Positions 1-12,561 are shown, counted from the stretch's first letter. The stretch: 64,000 bases of DNA from Pseudomonadota bacterium (GCA_003247575.1 QJZC01000002.1:69480-133479), one strand, 5' to 3'. Numbers and translations are program-made. The notes: generated from the sequence alone by a model not told the origin.

Positions 1-1
1 C

Positions 2-1174
2 GACCTGAACGTGATCGCCGGCGAGGAGGTCGAGGGGACGGTCACCATCCGGCTCGTAGACGTCCCCTGGGACCAGGCGCTCGACGTGATCCTGCTCACG
101 AAGGGGCTGGGATTCGTTCGCGTCGGCAACGTCTTGCGGATCGCACCGCTCGAGACGATCAAGCTCGAAGCGGAGCAACGCCTGCAGGAACGACGAGCGA
201 AGGAAAAGCTCGAAGACCTCGTAGTGAAGCTGCAGCCCGTCAACTACGCGGACGTCGCCGAGGTCAAGAAGCTCGTCAACCGGTTGCTCTCCAAGCGGGG
301 TTCCGTCGATGTCGATGGTCGCACCAATACCCTGATCATCAAGGACATTCCGTCGGTGGTCCAGGAAGCGACCGCGCTGCTCAAGGCCATCGACACGCAG
401 ACACCACAGGTGCTGATCGAGGCCAAGATCGTCGAAGCAAACCTGAGCTTCTCGCGTACGCTCGGCACGCAATGGGGAATCGGCTATACACCGCCCGGCC
501 GCAGTGGTAACGAGGACTTCGCGTTCCCCGATATCCTCAACACGCGCGACAACCTGATCACGGGCGGGAACCAGCAGAACAACTTCATCTCGTCCACGCC
601 CGGTGTCGGCGCGCTCAACGGATTGCTGACGCTCGGCATCCTCTCTCTCGACGACCGTCTCCAGCTCGACCTACTGCTGCAGGCCGCAGAGAGCAACAAC
701 AAGGGCAAGGTGATTTCGGCTCCGCGCGTCGTCACCATCGACAACAAGGAAGCGACGATCAAGCAGGGCGTCGCCATCGCGTTCACCGAGGCGACAGCCG
801 ACCGTATCACGACGAGCTTCATCGACGCGGTACTCGAGCTCAAGGTCCAGCCGCACATTACCGCCAATCGCTCGATCATCATGGCGATCAAGGTGTCGAA
901 GAATGCACCGCAGCTGTCTGCTTCGAGCGGAGCCATCACAGGTATCTCGAAGAACGAGGCCGATACCGAAGCTCTGGTCCGCGACGGCGAAACCATCGTA
1001 CTCGGCGGGATCTATGTCGTCGATTCCGGCCGCCAGAACCAGAAGCTTCCCTTCCTGGCGGACATCCCGCTGCTCGGCACTGCCTTCCGCAACAGCATCA
1101 CGCAGGACGAGCGCCGCGAGCTGCTGATCTTCGTGACTCCGCGCGTCATCCTCGGACGGCCCTCCGACGTCTGA
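2..1174 (+). CDS. pilQ: Type IV pilus secretin PilQ, C-terminal part (5' end lies upstream of the window)
   Basis: Frame is open from base 2. Secretin-domain sequence is present (VLIEAKIVEA, GGIYVVDSGRQNQKLPFLADIPLLGTAFRNSITQDERRELLIFVTPRVI). It is directly followed by aroK-aroB, the classical pilMNOPQ-aroKB synteny. Confidence 0.9.
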   Translation, partial: DLNVIAGEEVEGTVTIRLVDVPWDQALDVILLTKGLGFVRVGNVLRIAPLETIKLEAEQRLQERRAKEKLEDLVVKLQPVNYADVAEVKKLVNRLLSKRGSVDVDGRTNTLIIKDIPSVVQEATALLKAIDTQTPQVLIEAKIVEANLSFSRTLGTQWGIGYTPPGRSGNEDFAFPDILNTRDNLITGGNQQNNFISSTPGVGALNGLLTLGILSLDDRLQLDLLLQAAESNNKGKVISAPRVVTIDNKEATIKQGVAIAFTEATADRITTSFIDAVLELKVQPHITANRSIIMAIKVSKNAPQLSASSGAITGISKNEADTEALVRDGETIVLGGIYVVDSGRQNQKLPFLADIPLLGTAFRNSITQDERRELLIFVTPRVILGRPSDV

Positions 1175-1186
1175 CCTCGCTTTGCT

Positions 1187-1221
1187 ATCCTGGGGCTCCC
1201 CGTAAGCGGGGGCCCCAGGAT
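1187..1221 (+). terminator. Strong GC-rich stem-loop after pilQ (terminator or attenuator candidate, no U-tract)
   Basis: ATCCTGGGGC (1187-1196) pairs perfectly with GCCCCAGGAT (1212-1221). An inner CCCCG/CGGGG extension closes a TAAG loop. It lies 13 nt after the pilQ stop. Confidence 0.4.
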
Positions 1222-1300
1222 CGCGCGGAGCGACGTCCGCTCGGTCCCGCACATTGGGGCGCGGCGGAGGCTCTGGGGCGCAGCGGAGGCACGAAGACAC

Positions 1301-1876
1301 GTGGGATCGCGTAGTTCACAGGCGGCGCATGGACGGGCTTCGTTGTTGCTCGTGGGCATGATGGGCGCCGGGAAGTCCTCGGTGGGCCGAGCTCTCGCGG
1401 CCAGACTCGGCTGGCCCTTCATCGACTCGGATGAAGAGATCGAGCGAGCGGCCGGCCGCACGATCGCAGAGATCTTCGCCGAGCACGGCGAATCCGAGTT
1501 CCGCCGCCTCGAGTCGCGCACGCTCGCAGGACTCCCCGAGCGGGACACGGTGATCGCTCTCGGCGGGGGGGCAATCGGTTCTCCGGAAAATCGAGCCGTA
1601 CTCGAGTCGAAAGGAACGCTCATCTGGCTGGATGCGTCCATCGAGGCGCTGGTCGCTCGCACGTCGCGAGACGCCTCCCGGCCGCTGCTGGCGAACCTGA
1701 GCCGGAGCGAGCGCGTAGCGCGCTTGCAGGCGCTCCTGTCGGAACGCCGACCGGCATACGCGCAGGCCAAGCTACGCATCGCGACCGATGGGCAGACACC
1801 TCAGCAGGTCGCAGCCGAGATATCCTCGAAGCTAGAGCTCGATCTCGCTCTGGCTCCCAGAGGAGGCCGCACGTGA
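1301..1876 (+). CDS. aroK: Shikimate kinase
   Basis: Walker A GMMGAGKSSVGRALA followed by FIDSDEEIE and a LGGGA motif; 191 aa; GTG start; position between pilQ and aroB. Confidence 0.9.
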   Translation: MGSRSSQAAHGRASLLLVGMMGAGKSSVGRALAARLGWPFIDSDEEIERAAGRTIAEIFAEHGESEFRRLESRTLAGLPERDTVIALGGGAIGSPENRAVLESKGTLIWLDASIEALVARTSRDASRPLLANLSRSERVARLQALLSERRPAYAQAKLRIATDGQTPQQVAAEISSKLELDLALAPRGGRT

Positions 1877-2943
1877 GTACCGTACAGGTGCTGCTACGCG
1901 ACCGCAGCTATGCGATCCGGATCGTACCGGGGGGGCTTGGCGAACTGGGCCCCGCGCTGCAGAAGGAGGCCACCTCTGACCGCGCCGTGGTCATCACCTC
2001 GGCGCGTGTCGCACGTCACCACTTCGAGGCTCTGGACCAAGGCCTACGCGAAGCCGGGTTCGACGTCGAGAAGCTCGAGGTCTCGGACGGACAACGCTGT
2101 AAGACGCTGCGCACCGCAGGCCGTGTCTATGACCAGCTGGCACACCTCGAGATAGGGCGGGGCACGCCACTGATCGCACTGGGCGGCGGGGCTTTGTGCG
2201 ACCTGGCCGGCTTCGTCGCGTCGACTTATCTGCGGGGGCTCCCGTTGGTTCTGGCACCGAGCACCCTACGCGCGCAGGTCGACGCGAGTGTGGGCGATCG
2301 CAACAGCTTACATCACCGTTCCGGGAACAACCGCATCGGCACGTTCTATCACCCGCATCTGGCTTGGGTAGATCCACAGATCCTCGAGACCCTGCCGCAA
2401 GAGCACATGCGCTCGGGATTGGCGGAGATCGTCAAAGTCGCGGTCATCTGGGACGAGGAGTTCTTCGCGTGGATCGAAGACAAGGTTGCTGGACTGCTGG
2501 CCATGGCGCGCGACGCCGTACGCGAGGCGGTGACGCGTGCGATCCAGATCCGCGTGGAGCTGATCGGCCTCGATGAGCGCCGCGTGGGCTTGCGCGCATT
2601 GCTGCAGTTCGGTGAGCGCCTTGCGAGCGTGTTGCGCCGAGAGCACCCCGCGTTGACTCCCGGCGAAGCCTCGGCCATGGGAATGCTCTTCGCCGCACGC
2701 CTGTCGCGCGCGCGGGGCTGGATCGACGACGCCGCTTGCCAGCGTCTCGAGACCCTGCTGCGCAAGGTCGGGCTACCCACGGCACCACCCGACTGGAGTG
2801 AGCAGCGAGAAGCTTATCTTCGCGCCGTCGCCGACGATAAGAAGGAGATACAGCCTCTGCCTGAATGGGTACTCCTGCGCGCGCTCGGGCGCGCCGAGCG
2901 CGTGGAGCTGCCTGTGCAGGAGCTATTCTCGGAGGACGCGTGA
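1873..2943 (+). CDS. aroB: 3-dehydroquinate synthase
   Basis: 356 aa with DHQS-like motifs (LIALGGGALCDLAGFVASTYLRG, GLAEIVKVAVI). GTGA start/stop overlap with aroK. Confidence 0.9.
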   Translation: MSTVQVLLRDRSYAIRIVPGGLGELGPALQKEATSDRAVVITSARVARHHFEALDQGLREAGFDVEKLEVSDGQRCKTLRTAGRVYDQLAHLEIGRGTPLIALGGGALCDLAGFVASTYLRGLPLVLAPSTLRAQVDASVGDRNSLHHRSGNNRIGTFYHPHLAWVDPQILETLPQEHMRSGLAEIVKVAVIWDEEFFAWIEDKVAGLLAMARDAVREAVTRAIQIRVELIGLDERRVGLRALLQFGERLASVLRREHPALTPGEASAMGMLFAARLSRARGWIDDAACQRLETLLRKVGLPTAPPDWSEQREAYLRAVADDKKEIQPLPEWVLLRALGRAERVELPVQELFSEDA

Positions 2944-3314
2944 CAGACTCAGAAGCCGCTCGGATTCGGATCGAGCTCGCGCGCGGGCACCTGGTGCTCG
3001 GCGAGCTCGACGAAACCTACGCGTGCCTAGCCCGCGCGGCTCAAGCTGATCCGACCGTCCCAGGTATCGATGAGCTGCTCGAGCAGCTGGTCGATGCCTG
3101 CCGGAGCGAAGGCTCGCTGGTCCTCGACGCCGTCGTCCGCCTGCAGTGCGACCGGAACCGGGCCCGCGCCGAAGGAGCCGCCGCGCCTGCCGCGAGGATA
3201 GCAGCGGTGTCGGAGACCGAACGACTTCGACAGGCGCATCGAGAGCGCCTCGAAGCATGGATCGGGCGAGTGCGAACGCGCTACGCCGGAGAGGACACAG
3301 CCCATGTTCCGTGA
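2940..3314 (+). CDS. Hypothetical Ala/Arg/Glu-rich helical protein, translationally coupled on both sides
   Basis: GTG at 2940 forms a GTGA overlap with the aroB stop. An in-frame ATG at 2865 would overlap aroB by 79 nt. The stop at 3312-3314 overlaps the next gene's ATG. I recognise no domain. Confidence 0.5.
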   Translation: MTDSEAARIRIELARGHLVLGELDETYACLARAAQADPTVPGIDELLEQLVDACRSEGSLVLDAVVRLQCDRNRARAEGAAAPAARIAAVSETERLRQAHRERLEAWIGRVRTRYAGEDTAHVP

Positions 3315-3669
3315 TGTACTGGCGGGCATCATCGACCCCACGCCCGGAGCGCTCGCGGGCGCGGTGATGTGTGAGGACGGGATCGCGATCGAGGAGTACC
3401 GAAAATCCGATACCCAGGTCGATCTCAATGCGGTCACCGTCGAGTTTCAGCGCGTGCTCGCGCAGGCAACGAAGGTCGCCGGCGCGCTCTACGGAGAGTC
3501 GGATGGGGGCCTCGAGGAGCTCATGCTGCGCACGGCAGGGCACCAGCTGCTGTTTCGCATCATCGACGACGAGCACTTTCTGGTGATCGCGCTGCGCCAC
3601 GATGGGATGCTCGGCAAGGCGCGCTATCTTTCGCGTATGGCCTTGCAGCAGATCCAGAAGGAGCTGTAG
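3304..3669 (+). CDS. Roadblock/LC7 (MglB/MglC-like) domain protein
   Basis: 121 aa with the typical Roadblock pattern ([18 protein letters not shown] ... [36 protein letters not shown]). The size fits single-domain Roadblock proteins. Confidence 0.75.
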   Translation: MFRDVLAGIIDPTPGALAGAVMCEDGIAIEEYRKSDTQVDLNAVTVEFQRVLAQATKVAGALYGESDGGLEELMLRTAGHQLLFRIIDDEHFLVIALRHDGMLGKARYLSRMALQQIQKEL

Positions 3670-3679
3670 AACTACTCGG

Positions 3680-4117
3680 ATGAACGTCCTGATTCTGCAC
3701 GGTCCGAATCTCAACCTGCTGGGGCAGCGCGAGCCCGACATTTACGGTCGCGACACCCTGGCTGACATCGATGCCCGCCTGCGAGCCCTGGGGGAGAAGG
3801 CCGGTGTGCAGGTCGAGAGCTTCCAGTCGAATCACGAGGGCGCCCTGATCGACCGAATTCAAGCCGCGCGCGGAATCGCCAGCGGTATCGTGATCAACCC
3901 TGGTGGACTCACCCACACGAGTGTATCGCTCCGAGACGCGCTGGCCGCCGTCGAGGTCCCGGTCGTCGAGGTACACCTCTCCAATATCCACGCGCGGGAG
4001 AGCTTTCGGCACACGTCGATGATCGCCGCAGTCGCCTGGGGAACCATTTGCGGTCTGGGCGCCATCGGCTACGAGCTCGCGCTGCGCGCGCTGCTCGAAA
4101 GGCTCCGGTCTGGCTAG
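3680..4117 (+). CDS. aroQ: Type II 3-dehydroquinate dehydratase
   Basis: [48 protein letters not shown] and [12 protein letters not shown] are hallmark AroQ motifs. The ATG at 3680 lies inside the longer track ORF 3602-4117. Confidence 0.9.
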   Translation: MNVLILHGPNLNLLGQREPDIYGRDTLADIDARLRALGEKAGVQVESFQSNHEGALIDRIQAARGIASGIVINPGGLTHTSVSLRDALAAVEVPVVEVHLSNIHARESFRHTSMIAAVAWGTICGLGAIGYELALRALLERLRSG

Positions 4118-4118
4118 G

Positions 4119-4919
4119 GTGTCCACGCTCGCTTGGCGGCTCCTGTGTGATCCGCCGCGCAGCGCCGCGTGGAACATGGCGATCGACGAGGCCGTGCTCG
4201 AATCCTGTCCCTCGACCGGGCCAACCCTGCGTTTCTACGGCTGGGAGGGACCCGCACTGAGCCTGGGCTATCGCCAGCCGGCCGAGCACTGGACAGGTCG
4301 TGCGCGCGCGCACGGACTGGACCTGGTGCGTCGCCCCACGGGAGGCGGCGCCGTCCTCCACGGCTGCGATCTGACGTACTCGATCGCCCTTCCTCGGGGA
4401 TGCCCGGGAGTGCCGGACTCGATGCGCAGGAGCTACGCGTGGATTCGCGACATCCTGCTCCGCGGACTACGCGAAGTCGGGTTGTCCGTTCTCCCGGCCG
4501 AGGCACCCGGCCCGGCTGCGCGCCACGCTGCGAGCGCGCAAGTCTGCTTCGGCGTCTCGAATGGCCACGAGATCGAGCTGCTCGGACGAAAGCTCGTCGG
4601 GAGCGCGCAACGCCGAACCCGCTTCGGCTTTCTGCAGCAAGGGTCGATTCCTCTCACCCAGGATGCGGATCTGTGTAGGGACGTCCTGGGCTTGGTGCCC
4701 CCGCTTGCGCCCATCGGGACCCTTGCTGCAGGCGATCTGCGCCGCGCGCTCACACGAGCGTTCGAAGTAGCGCTCGGGGCGGAGATGTCGCGTGGAGAGC
4801 TCGAACTGGCAGAGCTCCGAGATGCGCGGCGCCGAGTAGAAGCTCGCCGCGAGAACGCCTTGTGGATTCCCCGGGTCTCCCTAAGAACTGCACCCACTTC
4901 CGCCGATATGGTCTCGTAG
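4119..4919 (+). CDS. Lipoate-protein ligase / octanoyltransferase family protein (BPL/LPL catalytic domain)
   Basis: WNMAIDEAVLE, LRFYGWEGPALSLGYRQ, RRPTGGGAVLHGCDLTYS and GRKLVGSAQRR resemble LplA/LipM-type catalytic domains. GTG start is 1 nt after the aroQ stop. Confidence 0.75.
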   Translation: MSTLAWRLLCDPPRSAAWNMAIDEAVLESCPSTGPTLRFYGWEGPALSLGYRQPAEHWTGRARAHGLDLVRRPTGGGAVLHGCDLTYSIALPRGCPGVPDSMRRSYAWIRDILLRGLREVGLSVLPAEAPGPAARHAASAQVCFGVSNGHEIELLGRKLVGSAQRRTRFGFLQQGSIPLTQDADLCRDVLGLVPPLAPIGTLAAGDLRRALTRAFEVALGAEMSRGELELAELRDARRRVEARRENALWIPRVSLRTAPTSADMVS

Positions 4920-4978
4920 CCGGCTCCCCGCCCCACCCGCGGTGAAGGTCGGATTCCACTCGCTGTGAGGAAGAGCTC

Positions 4979-7933
<2,955 letters not shown>

Positions 7934-7965
7934 GATCGACGTAGATCCCGAGTGGAGCAGTAGGG

Positions 7966-10029
7966 ATGGATTACCTCAAATTCTTCGACCTGACCGCAGA
8001 ACCTTTCCAGAATCATCCCGATCCCAGCATGTACTACGAGAGTCATGCGCAGCGTGTCGCGCGATTGCGCGTGATGCGAGGGCTCGAACAGCGACGCGGC
8101 TTGATGCTCGTCACGGGTCCCGCAGGCTGTGGAAAGACGACCTTGGCAACGCAGCTGACAACGGCGCTTCGCGGCCTGCCGTACCAGTTCCATATCCGAT
8201 CGGTGCCCCACAGCTCCTGCGCCGACGGCTGGTTGTTGCCCGAGATCTCACGTGCTCTCGGCGCCCCCGAAGTTCCGAACGATCCAGCGCGCACCCTCGA
8301 CCAGCTGCAGAAGGCACTGCTGCTACTCCGCGCGAGCGGACAGCACTTCGTGCTGGTCATGGACGAAGCGCAGCTGCTCGCGGGTCCGCAGGCGCTGCAG
8401 GAGTTTCGCAGCCTGCTCAATCTCGCAGAGAGTGGACAACCGCTCCTGTCCATCGTCCTGATCGGCCTCGGCGAGCTCGGGGATGCCCTGGCAGCGGATC
8501 CATCGCTCGAGCAGCGCATCGACATCCGCGTCCAGCTGTCCCCCATGGAGACGGCCGAGGCCATCGACTACCTGGCGCACCGCCTAACGCGCGTCGGCAG
8601 CTCCCGGGACATCTTTGCGAGCGACGCGCTCGAGGCTCTCGCCTGCTGCTCCGGGGGAGTCCCTCGAATCCTCAATACGCTCGCAGACACCGCGCTGTTC
8701 GAGGCTTCGCTCTGCCAGATTCGACCTGTTTCATGTGAGACCGTGGTCGCCGCTGCCGATCAGCTCGGGCTGGGCCAACCAGGGAGCACGACTCCCGCGG
8801 AAGCACCGTCCAGCGAGCCGGCCTCGACACCTGCCGAGGATCTCGTGCCACATGCCGCGGCAAGCACCGCGCCCTCAGTCGCCGAGACGCCCGCAGCCAC
8901 GGCAGCTCCTGCGCCTCCAGTCGAGGCTGCGATCCGGACTGCACCCGTCGCCGCGTCTACTCCGACGCCGCTTCCCGCGGCGACACCAACTCCCTCACCC
9001 GCGGCGCCCTCAGCCGAGACGGTCGCCGCTCCGGCTGAATTCGCGACCACCGAGCCGAGCACGAGTCTCCGCGGCGTCGCGAGCGAAGCGGCGCTCGACG
9101 ACGACTTTCCTGCGCTGACGCAGTCAGCCCCTTCCGCAGTCGGCGATCCGGATGTCGAGCGCACACCGCCAACTCCCGAGCCGACCTCTCTCGCTGTCCC
9201 TCAGGCGGCTCCACCGTCCGCCAGCGATCCAGCCGACGAGGATCTGCTACCGGCCATGCCGGGGTCGATCGAGTCGCCGCCGGCAGTCGCGCAGACACCT
9301 CCAGCCGTGGAGTCGTTGCCGCCCACCCCCGACGCGAGCGCTGCAGAGGCTGCTGAGCCGACTCCTAGTCCGCTCCAAGCTGCGGCCGACGAAGCCGCGG
9401 CGGCGTTCGAGAGCGAGGAGGAGGATGACGAGATCGATCTGGACGTGTGCCTCCTTCCGAGTGAGCCCGAAGCGTCGGCGGAGCCGATAGAAACGTCTTT
9501 GGAGGAAGAGCTCAGCTTCGATACGGCTCCCGATCTTGCCATTCAAGAGGTCGCCGCAGAGGAGGCCCCCATCGAGGCTGCCGAAGACTGGACGCTCGAC
9601 CCAGATTCCGACGGCGAGGACTCCGACGCACTCTTCGACGCCGTTCTCACCGAGGATCCGGTTTCTCCTCCCACGAACACCGCTTCGCCCGCGACGTCCG
9701 ACGAGTTCGAGGAGGACGCGGCCGATGCCGCGCTCGCTGCCCTCGATCGTGACTTCTCGGAAGCTCCCGCGAGCAGTTCGCCTGCGACCCCGTCGGGTCC
9801 GCCCGAGCCCTCCCTCGCACCCCTCGCCGACGCGGATGCGGACGACGACGACGATCTGATCGACATGGCCGAGTTCCTGGAGCTCGATGTCGAGGCCGAG
9901 GAGACCCCGGCTCCGAAGCCTCAGGCGGCCCAACCGACCGCCGCTGCCGCCGAGCCGGCGGCATTGGAGCCCGCGAGCGACGGCGATCTCGACGACCTCT
10001 TCGAGCAGATCCAGCTCGAAGAGGGCTAG
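7966..10029 (+). CDS. ExeA/GspA-like AAA ATPase with a ~400-aa Pro/Ala/Glu-rich tail
   Basis: N-terminus MDYLKFFDLTAEPFQNHPDP..., Walker A VTGPAGCGKTTL and Walker B FVLVMDEAQLL are typical of the ExeA/MshM family. The low-complexity acidic tail starts at about 8770. Confidence 0.8.
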   Translation: MDYLKFFDLTAEPFQNHPDPSMYYESHAQRVARLRVMRGLEQRRGLMLVTGPAGCGKTTLATQLTTALRGLPYQFHIRSVPHSSCADGWLLPEISRALGAPEVPNDPARTLDQLQKALLLLRASGQHFVLVMDEAQLLAGPQALQEFRSLLNLAESGQPLLSIVLIGLGELGDALAADPSLEQRIDIRVQLSPMETAEAIDYLAHRLTRVGSSRDIFASDALEALACCSGGVPRILNTLADTALFEASLCQIRPVSCETVVAAADQLGLGQPGSTTPAEAPSSEPASTPAEDLVPHAAASTAPSVAETPAATAAPAPPVEAAIRTAPVAASTPTPLPAATPTPSPAAPSAETVAAPAEFATTEPSTSLRGVASEAALDDDFPALTQSAPSAVGDPDVERTPPTPEPTSLAVPQAAPPSASDPADEDLLPAMPGSIESPPAVAQTPPAVESLPPTPDASAAEAAEPTPSPLQAAADEAAAAFESEEEDDEIDLDVCLLPSEPEASAEPIETSLEEELSFDTAPDLAIQEVAAEEAPIEAAEDWTLDPDSDGEDSDALFDAVLTEDPVSPPTNTASPATSDEFEEDAADAALAALDRDFSEAPASSSPATPSGPPEPSLAPLADADADDDDDLIDMAEFLELDVEAEETPAPKPQAAQPTAAAAEPAALEPASDGDLDDLFEQIQLEEG

Positions 10030-10147
10030 GGCGCTCCCGAGCTACCTCTCGGCCCATTCATCTGATAAAGTCTCGCGACGCTCGCTGCGGCCTCGAGGCC
10101 GAGCGAGCCACGCGCCGCGGAGCCCCTGCGCAGCGCGCGAGTCTTCA

Positions 10148-10223
10148 GCGAGAGTAGCTCAGTTGGTAGAGCACAAGCTTCCCAAGCTTGGGGTCGCGGG
10201 TTCGAACCCCGTCTCTCGCTCCA
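10148..10223 (+). tRNA. tRNA-Gly (anticodon CCC), CCA encoded
   Basis: Hand-folded cloverleaf: acceptor GCGAGAG/CTCTCGC, D stem GCTC/GAGC, anticodon stem CAAGC/GCTTG with loop TTCCCAA, T arm GCGGG-TTCGAAC-CCCGT, discriminator U, then CCA. Confidence 0.9.
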
Positions 10224-10322
10224 CACGCCCTTGAAGCCGAAGAATTCGTCGAGTGAGATCTGTCGATCCGGCCTCTCGGAACCGTGGCCGAGCGACACTC
10301 ATCGTTCCGATAGAATGCAGGA

Positions 10323-10811
10323 GTGAGACAGACTCCGGGGATCTATCCGATGCAGACGCCCAGGCGGAGCACCCGCACCACGTCCTATCGCACGGACGAG
10401 GTGTCATCGGATTCCGGGCGCTATCCGCGCCGCTCTCGCTTCGCGCGTCCCTCAGGACTTCTCGCGCTGCAAGAGACCGTAGGGAATCGAGTGCTCGCGT
10501 CGGTGCTCTCCCAGAGCGGAGAGCCAAGCGCACGGCCCCTGGCGAGTACAGTCGGACAAGGCCGGATCGTCCGCGCCGTACGTCTCCTCTCGTCGTGGGA
10601 TCCAGACGAGGCGACAATCACGCGCTGGCCGTCGCTATCTGAGGGCCGGCGCCCCAGTCACGCGCAGGCCCAAAGGGCGAGAGCAACCCTCGGAGTCAAC
10701 CTCTCGGACGTCCCTGTACATCGCGATCGATTCTCAGACTCGGTTGCTCGTGCCTACGAGGCCGAAGCAGTGACTCTGGATCTCGGCCACGCGAACTACC
10801 AGACCGACTGA
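10323..10811 (+). CDS. DUF4157 (eCIS-core-type) domain protein, apparently C-terminally truncated
   Basis: LQETVGNRVLASVL and LGVNLSDVPVHRDRFSDSVARAYEAEAVT match the N-terminal half of DUF4157. The ORF stops before the usual HExxH-like continuation. Its last 16 nt overlap the 3' end of vapC. Confidence 0.6.
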   Translation: MRQTPGIYPMQTPRRSTRTTSYRTDEVSSDSGRYPRRSRFARPSGLLALQETVGNRVLASVLSQSGEPSARPLASTVGQGRIVRAVRLLSSWDPDEATITRWPSLSEGRRPSHAQAQRARATLGVNLSDVPVHRDRFSDSVARAYEAEAVTLDLGHANYQTD

Positions 10812-11185
10812 ACATGCGGATAGCCGAGGATCTTCTCATCGCTCGTGCAGATGGCGCATCCCTCTGACCTCGCGGTGGCGATCAGCATGCGATCGGCGGG
10901 GTCGCGATGGACCTCGCCGGGTAGCCGGGTCGAGTCGAGCGCGGCCTTGAGCGTGAGGGCCGTCAGTTCGATCTTTGGAGCGGAGAGTGCTGCGCGGATC
11001 CAGGTATCGAGATCGAGGGTGAGGCCGATCTTGCCCTTGGCTACGAGCATGCCGACCTCCCACGCGCTGATCACACACACTCCCAAGCGGTCGGCTTGTC
11101 GAAGAGCGCGCTTGGCCGCGCTGCTCAGTTGCTTGTCGTTTCCGTTCACGTACCAGAGCCACGCACACGTATCGAGCAGCAACAC
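10796..11185 (-). CDS. vapC: PIN-domain toxin VapC
   Basis: 129 aa with LLLDTCAWLW at the N-terminus and conserved acidic PIN residues (..ISAWEV.., ..DPADRMLIATA.., ..TSDEKI..). The GTG start directly abuts the antitoxin stop. Confidence 0.9.
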   Translation of the reverse strand: MLLLDTCAWLWYVNGNDKQLSSAAKRALRQADRLGVCVISAWEVGMLVAKGKIGLTLDLDTWIRAALSAPKIELTALTLKAALDSTRLPGEVHRDPADRMLIATARSEGCAICTSDEKILGYPHVQSVW

Positions 11186-11431
11186 CTAGGCGGACTCCCA
11201 GTCCTCGGGCGCCACGACCGGGGCGTGCGGGTCGTAGTCGGGTGCGAAGTGAACACTTCCCCGCAGACACGGAGCGGTCTCTTTCACGGGACGGATCTCG
11301 ACGACCGGAACTCCATGGCGGGTCACCACGATCGGGATCTGCGTCTCCTCGATCTCGTGCAACAGCTGCGTGGCGCGCTGGCGGAACTCGCCGATGGGGA
11401 TCTCTCGTGTGGGCATCCTCGTACCGTACAT
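11186..11431 (-). CDS. Phd/YefM-type antitoxin
   Basis: IPIGEFRQRATQLLHEIEETQIPIVVTRHGVPVVEIRPV is a classic Phd/YefM N-terminal fold. It lies immediately upstream of vapC. An alternative ATG is at 11416. A GTACA-N15-TGTAC inverted repeat sits at 11426-11450. Confidence 0.85.
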   Translation of the reverse strand: MYGTRMPTREIPIGEFRQRATQLLHEIEETQIPIVVTRHGVPVVEIRPVKETAPCLRGSVHFAPDYDPHAPVVAPEDWESA

Positions 11432-11880
11432 CTAAATCGGCGATTTGTACAGAGTCTTTAGCTAGAAGAATCGGCGGTTGAAGGAATTCTGGCAGCTACG
11501 CGCTGTCTGGACCCTGCGGCGACTCCAGCCTCCACCGTGGGCGAGCCAGAGGCTGCCGCCAAGGCGGACGACGCTGAGCGGCGCCTTCTAACAAGACAGG
11601 GAGGAGCGCTCGGGAGGGGGGGGACCCTTTTTGCCAGTTCAATGCAACCAGTTGGCTGCTTGGATGCAACGCGCATCCGAAACTCCTCGCGTGCACGCCT
11701 CCAGGGTTCGCGTCGAGTGTAGAGGATCGGCCCTGCGTGCCCCGCTCGACCTTCTGAGTTTTGAGCGGAATCTCGCGCGGGCGGCGCCCGATTTTCGCAG
11801 ACTTCGTGCCCGTCGGACGCACGGCACCGGGACTCACGCGATCGTACTGATGGGTAGGAGGCGCTCGCAGGCGATGTTGG

Positions 11881-12414
11881 GTGATCGGGGTTCGCGAGCC
11901 GGGGGTGCGGTACACAGGGCCGAGTGAGACAGAAACGAAGCTGATCGACGAAGTCGAAGCCTCGATCGAGCTCATACGCACCCTGAGGCAGGTCGAGCTG
12001 TTCGCTGAGGTGGACTTTACCGAGGCGCTCTCATCGCCGCCCGACCGCGAGCTGGTCGCTCATCCGCAGCAGGCGCGCTGCCAAGCCGCGGAGCAGGTGG
12101 CCGCTCTCGCGGTGTTCCCCCTCGTGTTTACTAGGCTCGAACTGCAGCAAGGTCTCCGCTTCAGCGTGAGCGGGCATGCGAGTGAGATCTTCGAGCTTCG
12201 CTACTGCACGGTATCGCTCTCGGGGCCGCTCGCTCTACTCATCTCACCATGGACTCTCAGTGGCCTGCTCGATGACTGGACGATCGACGATCGGCGGTAC
12301 GTCCTGGACGCTCGGCGACGCTTCTTCGAAAAGAACGTCGAGCGACTCCAGCGTCTTGCGCTTCGCCCGGGCGCCGCGGAACCTGCCCGGGGCGATCGAT
12401 CGCGAGAGCGGTGA
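11881..12414 (+). CDS. Hypothetical protein
   Basis: 177-aa ORF with GC-rich third codon positions and a non-repetitive, protein-like composition. I recognise no domain. Start is uncertain. Confidence 0.45.
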   Translation: MIGVREPGVRYTGPSETETKLIDEVEASIELIRTLRQVELFAEVDFTEALSSPPDRELVAHPQQARCQAAEQVAALAVFPLVFTRLELQQGLRFSVSGHASEIFELRYCTVSLSGPLALLISPWTLSGLLDDWTIDDRRYVLDARRRFFEKNVERLQRLALRPGAAEPARGDRSRER

Positions 12415-12561
12415 GACTCGGGGTCGAACGTGGAGCGTACGTGGATCGAGGCTGGGAGGGCATCTTCGCGCCAATACGCCGCGGGTAATGGCCTCCATCG
12501 TATCGCGGTCGAGCGCGTCCTGAGCGGTGGCCCGAGCAATGCTCGGGAGCGAGACCTCACC

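Noticed and set aside
2865-2939. ATG at 2865 as the start of the small ORF downstream of aroB
   Set aside because: It would overlap aroB by 79 nt. The GTG at 2940 gives the same GTGA coupling seen at the aroK/aroB junction. The call remains uncertain.
12420-12561. Possible continuation of the zeta-like toxin in another frame (a ...DGGHYPRRI... stretch resembling the GGH motif of zeta-like ATPases)
   Set aside because: The spacing is far too short relative to the family and the match is only a few residues. I cannot distinguish it from chance without an alignment.
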